Source: Nemertoderma westbladi
Lineage: Eukaryota > Animalia > Xenacoelomorpha
DNA: 64,000 bases
Direction: 5' to 3'
NCBI GenBank assembly: GCA_032718475.1
Contig: JAUCBJ010008517.1
Location: forward strand, 1 to 64,000
In this document: piece after piece, positions 24,800 to 36,600 of the stretch
How positions within the stretch are numbered: position 1 is the first letter of the stretch
How the letters are laid out: each line of letters begins with the position of its first letter
The notes under the pieces: generated by a model
The model's database searches: none
The model's input: the letters and a program-made list of their open reading frames with translations, nothing else
Told to the model about the DNA's origin: nothing
Position numbers and translations under genes: made by a program

Positions 24800-26936
24800 T
24801 TGTAAAGTGCGTATACATTACAAACCGAGTATCAATAATACTCAACCGCACAAAATTAGAACAATGGAGGTACATCCCCGGACCTCAAAACCAGGCTGAC
24901 ATACCCTCCCGTGGTGCGACCCCTAATGACCTTTTAAATTCAACATGTTGGTTGAATGGGCCCGATTTCCTTTCCAAACCGGAAGACCAATGGCCTCCTC
25001 ATATTACTCCCGAGGAAATGAGGCAAGTCAAAGGTCTAGAAATCGTTAAGCCAAAAACCAGGCCCTCTAAGTCAAAGCTTTTTAAGCCTGTTGACATAGC
25101 AACCAACAACTATGTAAACAAAAGGGTTCCACCTTGGTGTAGTGGTCGCATTGAATTCACATATCCTGTAGGTCGTGGGTTCGATCCTCACATGGGCCAG
25201 GGCAGTTTTCGTTTCGGCACGAATGCTTTAAAGGGACCAGCCAGGGCGCATCTCTGCCTTGCATCCTTAAGTGGTAGCTAAATGAGTACTGGAGTTTCCT
25301 CTGGGGAGTAAAGTTCTGGGGGGACCGCACTGGAAATAAATCGTCAGACTTTGTGCGTAATCCCTGGCCTAGTGGCCGAAGAAAATTTACTTTACTTTAC
25401 TTTTAATTGGTAGTCAAATTCCAAACCTTCCCCCGAATATTGATTTCCAACCCAAAACTGCCGTTAATGACCCGGAAAAATCCACTGACCAACTACTGTT
25501 ACCAAATGTGGATATGGGCTTATCCCAGCTAATATCATGAATCATTATAGCTCGTGGGATAAAATGTGTCGAGCTATAACCATACTGAAACAACTCTTTC
25601 ACTATCGATACAGTACTAAGACCGTACCTGTGATAGGCTTAACTGCTAATGAGGTAGACAAAATCAAATTTACAGTTATTAAGAGTTTCACAAAGACTGG
25701 AGAAGCCTGAGAATTATAACCAGCTCAGTGTTGACCCCCTAACTCCATTGGCGGACAAATTTTCCAGTATAATGATAAGGAGGTCGCCTTACTAACGCTC
25801 CGATCTCTAGAGATACTATGTTTCCCATACAGTATTAATATTCGACCCGGAAATTCAGATTAAGTTGATACAGGACGTTCACTACCGACTCTATCACGCC
25901 GGGAGGGAACATATATTAAGCGAAATCAGAACGCGATATTTCCTGGTACACCCCCGCGCAGCTCTCAACCAAATATTACGAAACTGTATACCTTGCAAAA
26001 GGATTTATAGCAAGCCGATGACTCAACTAGAAGCGGCGCTCCCTAGGGAACGAGTCGAATGTTACCAACCCCCGTTTACCCACACCGGCGTAGATCTCTT
26101 CGGACCCTTCGAAGTCAGGCGCGCCCGTACAATGGTGAAAAGATGGTGTGTCATCTTTGTTTGCATGACCTTTCGAGCCATTTACTTAGATATGGTTTTA
26201 ACGATATGTCAATGAAAAGTTTTATCCTTTGCCTGAGAAGACAAATCGGTCGATTTGGTACCAGCCGCACTATGAGATCCGACCAGGGAACGAATTTCGT
26301 AGGCGCCAACAAGGAAATCACTAATACACGAAGATCGCGTTCCACCATATCATTCCATGTAAAGCCTATCTAACAGATGAGCTACTCCGAACATTCTTAG
26401 AGGAAATAGCGAGTTATTTAAATGATAGGCCTCTCTTACCTGTTTCATCTAATCCACAAGCCATGGAGCCACTAACACCGTCCCATTTTATGCTGAGGAA
26501 ACCCGTAACCATGTTACCGAAATCCAAACCACAGGACGGTTATGAGCTGCTGAGACGCACCTGGCAAATGATGCAACTACTATCTCGTCGATTTGCTACA
26601 CATTTCGAAAGACACTACTTACCGTCGGTCCAGCTCAGAACCAAATGGTTTTCTAAGAAGGAAAATGTATCAGTTGGTGATATTGTACTCTTAGTGGATC
26701 AAGATCAACCTAGAAAAAACTGGGAAACAGGACGTAGAACAGAAATTCATCAAAGAAAAGATGGTTTGGTACGCTCAGTTGAACTGGCTATTTGGAGAGC
26801 TACACCCAAACCGAAAGTACACTATTTCAACCGACCCATTGGACGCCTTTGTTTATTAGAACTGGCAAGGGAACGTTCTGATAACTACGGGCAACAGAGA
26901 GTTAGACCAAGCAGTCTGACATACAAACTTGAGTAA
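24800..26936 (+). mobile_element. Decayed BEL/Pao LTR retrotransposon pol (end of RNase H, HHCC finger, integrase, C-terminal domain)
   Basis: WRYIPGPQNQADIPSRG, HYRLYHAG...C.PC, PPFTHTGVDLFGPF, SDQGTNFVGA, PLTPSHF, GDIVLL, DGLVRSV. Multiple stops and frameshifts. Confidence 0.85.
25124..25405 (+). mobile_element. tRNA-derived SINE inserted into the BEL element
   Basis: A-box-like TGGTGTAGTGG and B-box GGTTCGATCC. The 3' part resembles the L2-type tail and ends in (tttac)n. Confidence 0.7.
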
Positions 26937-27583
26937 CGTCTTGTAGTAGGTTACGATTGAGTGTGTAATTATTATTAACCACTTGGTATAACGTAGGTGT
27001 TAGTATTAGACTATGGTGCGCACATAGCAACAAAACCTAGGCCTACTTATGTTAATTGTACGTTGTATATGATCGCAACAAGTGCAACAATTTAATTTAA
27101 GGGTAAATTATTCGACTTAAAACTTAAATAATACAAAATAAGTGACTAATTACTAACGACAATACTCAATCGTGGAAGCGGATTGTGCGACGTTATAGGC
27201 ATAGAAATATGCATTTTTCAAAAAATTTTACGAAATTAAACTTAAACAAATAATAATTAATAATCACAAATAAAATTAATATCGCCATAAATGCCCAAAT
27301 AACTATTACAGTAGTTACTAATGTGAAATAAGTGTGAGAGGTGAGCATTCTAATTTCTCAATATGTCACGGAACAATTAATTAAATAACAACGAAATAAC
27401 GTGTTTCCCAGGAAACATAGTTAGAACTCGTACAACTGTAAATGCAATTGCTTAACACAGCTTGTATGGGAAAGGTAACATTGTTATCATGGATACAGCA
27501 ACAGTGACATTTTGGTAAATGTTTAAAGTTAAGCGTTTTTGAACAGTATTTTGAACGAATGTTAACCAAAAGTGCACAAATAA

Positions 27584-28636
27584 CAAGGTGTACTAAATAA
27601 CAGGTCATGCAGCGAGCGGATTGCTGAAATTAGCGGAGGCCGATCGTTTCCCTATTTATGGCACTATTTTCATAATATTTCCTTAGAAACCTCTCTTATG
27701 CAACTTTGGTTAGGTGGATATGATGACTAGGATTCATAGAAATGTAATAAACAGTCTCTCTGGAATTTTTATCTTGTAGTTGCCAAGGTAACCGGGTGCA
27801 AAGTTCAAACTTTGCGCGCCTGTATTTCAAGGCGACAATGGATTCTTCCCTTGAGATTTGGTAGGTGACTAAAGGGAATAAAAGTCTATCAAAATATTTT
27901 ACATTTGAATTTGTTTACATTCCCGTTGCCATGGAAATAAGTAGAATGAAAAATTTTAACAATTGTCTACCAATTCTATAAAACACCATTTTTATTCGGT
28001 TTGTCAGTCTAAATAATAAGTTAAAATTTCCAACATTTTATTTTATAATTCGTCAATTGTGAATCATATTTCTAAAAGTCAATATTTGCAAATAAACTAA
28101 ACTGTCCAATCAGAGAGCAAGACCTGTTATAGCATGATTGTGACATTCCAGAATATTAAATTTCGGTTAGCAATTATTAGAAATAAAGGTCAGCCACCAG
28201 GCATGTTTGTTGAAAATTATAGAAGTAGTAAATAGTAGCCCAATTTCTATCTGGCAGTCATAATGGGAAATCATCGTAATTCCCGTCACCATGGAAACGG
28301 GATTGAAAAATAAATTAAATGTAAAATAATTTGATAGACTTTTATTCCCTTTACTCATACACCAAATATCAAGAACAGAATCCCTTGTCGTTTTTTATTA
28401 CAGGCGCTCGATTTTGAACTTTGAACCCGATTACCTTGGCAACTACAAGATAAAAATTCCAGAAAGACATTTTATTACATTTCTATGAACCCTAGTCATC
28501 ATATCCACCTAACCAAAGTTGCATGAGAGGTTTCTAAGAAAATATTATGAAAATAGTGTCATAAATAAGGAAACGATCGGCCTCCGCTAATTTCAGCAAT
28601 CCGCTCGCTGCATGACCTGTTATTTAGTACACCTTG
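27584..28636. mobile_element. MITE with long TIRs, P-element-like termini
   Basis: CAAGGTGTACTAAATAACAGG ... CCTGTTATTTAGTACACCTTG with about 240-bp inverted arms. Perfect 8-bp TSD acaaataa at 27576-27583 and 28637-28644. Confidence 0.85.
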
Positions 28637-30414
28637 ACAAATAAGCACCAAATTAAGCTAAATAGAGTGAAATACCCATAAATAGTGTGAAATTTAAGGT
28701 ACACACAATTGTCCAACCCTCCATAGATACTATAGTCGCAGTAGATCAGTGATGGCTCCGGGCCAATCCCCCGTCTCCCTGGCTTGAAGAGAGTTTAGAA
28801 TTTAGCCACGATATTTCTGTACCGCTGGTAGTTGCAAACTCGATTCTCGCCATAAGGGATTGACCAGGGACTGCGCCGCGGCGTGTATCGGCGCCTTTGG
28901 GGAGGTGACGCTCGCCTACCCCCCTTTATACGCTCCTCTACTCGAACTCATAATGTCTCGATCTTCAAAGACACCCCCCTCCGTAAAGCGACGTTCCCGG
29001 AAACAACATTCTGAGATGATGGATACGATGACGGCTCACTATACCGGCGAATCCACCCAGCTCGCTCAAAGTATGGAACCGCGTATAGATCCTTCGGGAA
29101 ACTACATCGAACCGTCGATGAACCCCGAACAGCGCGACATCGAACAACAATATCGTGAGTTTATTCTCAAATACGCCGAACGCGACGGAAGTTATAACAG
29201 CTTCCTCACTACTGGTCACCCTATGGACTTACGGGACATTGATGACCAACACGTCGAATGGGACATGAAGATGTTCAAACTTCATGTTGAGCGGCAACGT
29301 AGCAACGAGACTCAAACACAACACGACTATTAGATTTGCGTTGACATTTGATATTGTACTGTAACTTCCTCTTACCTCATCTGGGCAACTGGTAATCTGG
29401 ACAATTGTAATAGATAAGTGTGTTGCTCTATCTCTGACTTACTAAATAATTAATATATGGCGATATACCAGATCATTAATGTAAGAAAGATCCTTATTAT
29501 TAATTGTATCACGATTGACAGTTGTCATAAGTTAATTACGATAGAGACATTCATATAATTATACATAAAGACAAGTCACTATACGTTTCTCCTAAAGGGA
29601 AACACAGATACCACACTTGAATCCTTACAGAATTAATTAGTCAGCCATTTGCTTGTTAAACTGTGTTGTCAAACCCTCCCGGTATCGTATCTCAGTTAAA
29701 TACAATAGATAATCAAATACCGTATTGAACCAAATAAGTTATAAAGTAAATCAATATATGAGAGGAAGGCAAAGGGGAAGTAACCGATACAGTAAGCGGC
29801 CCTTGTTGACAGGTACACTAGCGCAATCCCGTTTATTGTGTCAGACCAGCAGTTTTGGGACGTCATAAATGCATAGATTCTCCGCACGGAATAATACAAG
29901 TCAAAAATATACGAAATTGAGATTGAAGGAACATAATTTATTAAAAGCGCTAACAATACAGATGGGCTGAGTCTAACAAAAACAATAAACGAATTAGTAT
30001 CTGTAAAGGTTATAAGATAGGAATGAGCGCTATAAAACACTTGACAAGGAGAAATAAAAAAAATACAAAATTCTTCATAAAATTTAAAAAAAATTCGACC
30101 GAAAAGTAAAAAGCTGGTATTCTTTCTCTACATTGGCGTTCAGAGTTAATGCGAGAATTCAGAAATTGGAAATGGGTTATTTTTTTAAATTGCCGATATA
30201 ATGCAAGAAATTGGATAGCATTACTAGGGAGGCGAGTAGAGAACATTATAAATTGAGAATGTGAATTATAGATTAATACGCTCAGATCAGAAGATACCTG
30301 ACAATCTTGGGCCCCGAGGTACCGGTAGTCAAAAACTTCAATATTGAATTGAGATTTAATATCTTGAACGAAATGTTATCATTGTATCATTGAACACACT
30401 AAATTATTAATAAC

Positions 30415-31140
30415 TAGGGATGTGCCGGATTGACTATTTTCAAACCGGCCAGGCCGGAGCCAAATTTGTATAAAAAATCCGGCCGGAATTCCGGCCAAGC
30501 CGGATTTTTTATATATCACCACTTTTTTCCTTGAATCAGCTATATGGTACCTTTATGCATGAACAGAACTGGAGGGAGGGAGAGTACCACGTCATTTGGT
30601 CCTTTGGGCGTTAGGTCCTGCATTGATAGATAACGTGCTGGATCATGATCAGCAAGGTCATGCATGATACGGACTTTGACTTTATTAATATTATGAATTC
30701 AGAAGTAGATAAGTATGTCAATTATCCAAACTAAACGGAACGAGAAGAGCGTTTCCTAATTTACAAATTCTTGTAATGTATATTTAGTATCACCGGCATC
30801 TTAAAATCATTCCGAGCGAATGTTTGTAGAGGCTGCGAGGCTGGTAATGTATCATATTTATGATATGAATGAATATGATATATACAAACTATGAAAATAA
30901 TTGTTTTGTATTGCATTGTATTTGCTTATGTTTAAATTTGTTTGAATTTAAAAGAAAATTTATTTTGATGTTTTTTTTTAATTTACATTAATTGTAAATT
31001 TTGTCAACAATTCGTCAATTCAACAATTCGTTGGAATTGAAATCCGGCCAAAAAAATTAAATCCGGCCGGAACCGGAACCGGATTTTTTCTCAAAATCCG
31101 GCCGGAATTCCGGCCCGGCCGGATATCCGGCACACCCCTA
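30415..31140. mobile_element. hAT-like MITE related to 4225-5887
   Basis: TAGGGATGTGCCGGAT ... ATCCGGCACACCCCTA termini. Perfect 8-bp TSD ttaataac at 30407-30414 and 31141-31148. CCGG-rich subterminal repeats. Confidence 0.9.
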
Positions 31141-31612
31141 TTAATAACCTTATGAAATTTGTACAACTAAAAATATAATGAAGATTCTTACAATTCTTAC
31201 GAGTTTGTCGTGTAATTAATTACAATAGGAATCCCTTACACCTACATTAATTAATTAATTACATTAATTATTCTTTTAGCTCTATGCATCGCTAATTGCA
31301 TTGAATAAAACATATAACATTTACAAAAGAATTCAATAAACATTCGATTATTTAAACTAATTATTGCTATGCGACTTCATAATTATTAATAAATCACTGT
31401 AATAAAAATATGTTAAACCACAATGGAAGAAAGTGAGGGATAATAAACCATATGTGAGACGGAACACACAATATCGTCTCAAATAAACTTTACTACAAAC
31501 AAACAACGCACTCAAAGACTCTCACCACAATAAACACTTTCTCTACCATACCCACAATACCGTGTAGGTGTAGTCAGGTAAGTAGCTCGTTGCATTGGCT
31601 AAGTATGTTTAC

Positions 31613-31792
31613 TTAGAAACCGTATTCGGATGGGGAGCGAGACCCCACGTCTAGGTGCTGCTTCAAAGTCCGCAGAGCGACCCTGGCTCGTTGCCTAGCT
31701 ACAGTCATAATATCGTCTGCTAACTGGTGGTCGTTGGTGTAGGAAACTCTGGCGGAGTCGAATATGTCTCGAACAAATCCGATAACTTCCTC
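31613..31792 (-). CDS. MIGA: Mitoguardin terminal coding exon (EEVIGFVRDIFD...LADDIM...YGF*)
   Basis: Acceptor TTTATTTGTTCAG|GAG, phase 0. Resembles the recalled MIGA2 C-terminus (QIVQYLRDMFDLDNVRYTS..ALADDIL). Confidence 0.85.
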   Translation of the reverse strand, partial: EEVIGFVRDIFDSARVSYTNDHQLADDIMTVARQRARVALRTLKQHLDVGSRSPSEYGF

Positions 31793-33286
31793 CTGAACAA
31801 ATAAAATAGTTAAAAAGGAAGTCAATGGAAAAAAATAGGTAAAAAATAGAGTAACAAATTGACAATATTTCTTATCTTAACTAAAAACACGCGACACAAA
31901 TCACGTCTGTATTTTCAACTATAGGCCATAAAGTAAAATCGGGCAAATAAAGCAATGCTGGCTTCTACAATCTAATACCCAAAAGGTTTATGAAATATAA
32001 TATTATAGTGGGACACTCTTTGAGGGGGGGGGGGGGGGGGGGGGGGGGGGTGTACACCCAACCAGTTACACCCAACCCCCCCACCCCCCCCCCCCCCCCC
32101 CCCAACCATAACAACACATACTATACTTAGACTCTATAAGGAATCCATTGGGTATAATTTTCCAAAATGATAACGAAAAATTAAACCAAGAAGTATGTTG
32201 ATTTACCCACATAACATCTGCGATATTGATGCCCAAATCGAATATTTGGATTCGGTCAATTATTACATTATGAATCAAAGAATAAGAAAAATATATAATT
32301 TATTTACTTTTAAATTTTTTCTTTAAATTCGAAATTCGCTATACTATTAACATTTTTTTTTCGAAATTTGGTATAAACATACGCATGAAAGTACGAATTA
32401 ACAATTTCAAATTTTAAACAACAAAATTATTTTTTCGATGTAAGGCGATGTTTTAAACGACGAAAATTATACGACCATAAAAAATAGAAAAACTAACAAA
32501 TAAATGCCCCTTTATTCGTTATACCCTGAGTTAAAAATAAAAATTCCAAATTTTAACGTAGATTCAGCATGTAGCACTTTTTGGCGCCGAGGACATTTTG
32601 TCGCGACAAAATGTCATATTTTGTCGCGATAAATTGCTAACCTTGTAAAGTTTGCAATGAAACTCGATTAACGATTTTCTTATAGAATATAGGCTTAGTT
32701 TTTGTGCAGTTTATTACCGGTATCATTTAGCGTACGGCGTTTAGGTTTAGGGTTAGGATGCGATACATACCTGTATGTTGAGCATATTTAATAAATTTGT
32801 TTGTTGTTTTTTATTTATGTCGTTTTTTTTGTTGTGTTTGTATTGTTTGTGGTTGGTAGATGGCCCAAGGGCCGAGTGGCTAAGGTCCTGATTCTATGTT
32901 TTTTGATGATTTTGTGGGGTGTAAGACTCTAATTTTTACCTATTTTCCTTTTTTTTAACACAGTTTTTTGGTTCAAACATTAAAGGCAATGATCTCAGAA
33001 TGGTATTTTTCATTTTTAAAACTCTACTCCTCCGGCATTTTTCAACCAAATCTCATGATTTTAGGCTCATTCGAAAGGGTTTCAGCAGTTATTTAACATT
33101 TATCTTATGGAGTTCCGAAAAAAATTGTATATTTCATGTAATAACTGATTTTAATCAAAATAATTATAATTCAATTAATTAATTAATTTAATTAAAATTA
33201 GCTAATTAAAAATTCTATAAGATAAATTTTGTAAAGACGATCGTGCTGAATCCAAAACAGTTGATTTCAAAATTTGGATCAAGATT

Positions 33287-33414
33287 GAGCCGCTAGCTGA
33301 ATGGTTATGGAGTCAGACTTCCAACCAGGAGGTCACCATTTCGATCCCACCTGGACGTCATTGCCGACTTTGCAAAAGCTGTGCCCAACATAAAGTTATA
33401 ATAAATAAATAATA
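33287..33414 (+). mobile_element. Short tRNA-derived SINE or tRNA pseudogene
   Basis: TAGCTGAATGG A-box, anticodon-arm-like tcagacttccaaccagga, degenerate B-box tttcgatccc, and (aata)n tail. Confidence 0.5.
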
Positions 33415-33468
33415 GAGTTTATAATAAATAACAATCAAATACAGTGTAGCCCAGCCAACGTAACCAAC

Positions 33469-33648
33469 CTTGAAGTAAGAACAGAGATAGTGTACCGGCC
33501 CGGCTGCTGATTCTGTAGCGAGGAACCCCCAGGCTAGGGTGGGAGTAACGGCTTCAGTAACCGAGTAGAAGCGGGACATAAACCCGTCACGGACCGGGAG
33601 ATTACGACGTTTAGTGGAGATAACGGTCCAGGTAGCGGTGGACAGGGC
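33469..33648 (-). CDS. MIGA: Mitoguardin penultimate exon (ALSTATWTVISTKRRNLPVRDGFMSRFYSVTEAVTPTLAWGFL...CSYFK), 180 nt
   Basis: Acceptor CTTTTATTTCAG|GCC and donor AAG|GTTGGT, phase 0 at both ends. Matches recalled MIGA2 ALATACWSVLKAKRR..PDGFISHFYSVSEHVSPVLAFGFLG. Confidence 0.9.
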
Positions 33649-36600
33649 CTGAAATAAAAGGATAACGGTCCAGATAGCTGTGGACAGAGCCTGGAATAAA
33701 GGATAACGGTCCAGGTAGCGGTGGACAGAGCCTGGAATAAAGTATAACGGTCCAGGTAGCGGTGGACAGGGCCTGAAATAAAAGGATAACGGTCCAGGTA
33801 GCAGTGGACAGAGCCTGGAATAAAGGATAACGGTCCAGGTAGCGGTGGACAGAGCCTGGAATAAAGGATAACGGTCCAGGTAGCGGTGGACAGGGCCTGA
33901 AATAAAAGGATAACGGTCCAGGTAGCAGTGGACAGAGCCTGGAATAAAGGATAACGGTCCAGGTAGCGGTGGACAGAGCCTGGAATAAAAGGAAAACGGT
34001 CCAGGTAGCGGTGGACAGAGCCTGAATTAAAGGATAACGGTCCAGGTAGCGGTGGACAGAGCCTGAAATAAAAGGATAACGGTCCAGGTAGCGGTGGACA
34101 GGGCCTGAAATAAAAGGATAACGGTCCAGATAGCTGTGGACAGAGCCTGAATTAAAGGATAACGGTCCAGGTAGCAGTGGACAGAGCCTGGAATAAAAGT
34201 ATAACGGTCCAGGTAGCGGTGGACAGAGCCTGAAATAAAGGATAACTGTCCAAATAGCAGTGGACAGAGCCTGGAATAAAAGTATAACGGTCCAGGTAGC
34301 GGTGGACAGAGCCTGAAATAAAAGGATAACGGTCCAGATAGCAGTGGACAAAGACTGGAATAAAGGATAACGGTCCAGGTAGCAGTGGACAGAGCCTGGA
34401 ATAAAAGTATAACGGTCCAGGTAGCGGTGGACAGAGCCTGAAATAAAGGATAACTGTCCAAATAGCAGTGGACAGAGCCTGGAATAAAAGTATAACGGTC
34501 CAGGTAGCGGTGGACAGGGCCTGAAATAAAAGGATAACGGTCCAGATAGCTGTGGACAGAGCCTGAATTAAAGGATAACGGTCCAGGTAGCAGTGGACAG
34601 AGCCTGGAATAAAAGTATAACGGTCCAGGTAGCGGTGGACAGAGCCTGAAATAAAGGATAACTGTCCAAATAGCAGTGGACAGAGCCTGGAATAAAAGTA
34701 TAACGGTCCAGGTAGCGGTGGACAGAGCCTGAAATAAAAGGATAACGGTCCAGATAGCAGTGGACAAAGACTGGAATAAAGGATAACGGTCCAGGTAGCA
34801 GTGGACAGAGCCTGGAATAAAAGTATAACGGTCCAGGTAGCGGTGGACAGAGCCTGAAATAAAGGATAACTGTCCAAATAGCAGTGGACAGAGCCTGGAA
34901 TAAAAGTATAACGGTCCAGGTAGCGGTGGACAGAGCCTGAAATAAAAGGATAACGGTACAGATAGCAGTGGACAGAGCCTGAATTAAAGGATAACGGTCC
35001 AGGTAGCAGTGGACAGAGCCTGAAATAAAGGATAACTGTCCAAATAGCAGTGGACAGAGCCTGGAATAAAAGTATAACGGTCCAGGTAGCGGTGGACAGA
35101 GCCTGAAATAAAGGATAACGGTACAGATAGCAGTGGACAGAGCCTGAATTAAAGGATAACGGTCCAGGTAGCAGTGGACAGAGCCTGAAATAAAGGATAA
35201 CGGTACAGATAGCAGTGGACAGAGCCTGAATTAAAGGATAACGGTCCAGGTAGCAGTGGACAGAGCCTGAATTAAAGGATAACGGTCCAGGTAGCAGTGG
35301 ACAGAGCCTGAAATAAAGGATAACTGTCCAAATAGCAGTGGACAGAGCCTGGAATAAAAGTATAACGGTCCAGGTAGCGGTGGACAGAGCCTGAAATAAA
35401 GGATAACTGTCCAAATAGCAGTGGACAGAGCCTGGAATAAAAGTATAACGGTCCAGGTAGCGGTGGACAGGGCCTGAAATAAAAGGATAACGGTCCAGAT
35501 AGCTGTGGACAGAGCCTGAATTAAAGGATAACGGTCCAGGTAGCAGTGGACAGAGCCTGGAATAAAAGTATAACGGTCCAGGTAGCGGTGGACAGAGCCT
35601 GAAATAAAGGATAACTGTCCAAATAGCAGTGGACAGAGCCTGGAATAAAAGTATAACGGTCCAGGTAGCGGTGGACAGAGCCTGAAATAAAAGGATAACG
35701 GTCCAGATAGCAGTGGACAAAGACTGGAATAAAGGATAACGGTCCAGGTAGCAGTGGACAGAGCCTGGAATAAAAGTATAACGGTCCAGGTAGCGGTGGA
35801 CATAGCCTGAAATAAAGGATAACTGTCCAAATAGCCGTGGACAGAGCCTGGAATAAAAGTATAACGGTCCAGGTAGCGGTGGACAGGGCCTGAAATAAAA
35901 GGATAACGGTCCAGATAGCTGTGGACAGAGCCTGAATTAAAGGATAACGGTCCAGGTAGCAGTGGACAGAGCCTGGAATAAAAGTATAACGGTCCAGGTA
36001 GCGGTGGACAGAGCCTGAAATAAAGGATAACTGTCCAAATAGCAGTGGACAGAGCCTGGAATAAAAGTATAACGGTCCAGGTAACGGTGGACAGAGCCTG
36101 AAATAAAAGGATAACGGTCCAGGTAGCAGTGGACAAAGACTGGAATAAAGGATAACGGTCCAGGTAGCAGTGGACAGAGCCTGGAATAAAAGTATAACGG
36201 TCCAGGTAGCGGTGGACAGAGCCTGAAATAAAGGATAACTGTCCAAATAGCAGTGGACAGAGCCTGGAATAAAAGTATAACTGTCCAGGTAGCGGTGGAC
36301 AGAGCCTGAAATAAAAGGATAACGGTCCAGATAGCAGTGGACAGAGCCTGAATTAAAGGATAACGGTCCAAATAGCAGTGGACAGAGCCTGGAATAAAAG
36401 TATAACGGTCCAGGTAGCGGTGGACAGAGCCTGAAATAAAAGGAAAACGGTCCAAATAGCAGTGGACAGAGCCTGGAATAAAAGTATAACGGTCCAGGTA
36501 ACAGTGGACAGAGCCTGGAATAAAAGTATAACAGTCCAGGTAGCAGTGGACAAAGACTGGAATAAAGGATAACGGTCCAGGTAGCAGTGGACAGAGCCTG

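Noticed and set aside
32023-32103. Poly-G / poly-C tracts (also ~220-246 and 21073-21092)
   Set aside because: They appear to be subterminal homopolymers of MITE-like elements. There is no evidence for a separate function, and the 32000-33280 element could not be bounded.
32740-32758. ttaggtttagggttagg telomere-like motif
   Set aside because: Only about three imperfect units inside an AT-rich, repeat-like region. It is not a telomeric array.
25124-33414. Functional tRNA genes at ~25124 and ~33287
   Set aside because: The cloverleaf stems are imperfect and both continue into SINE-like bodies with simple-repeat tails.
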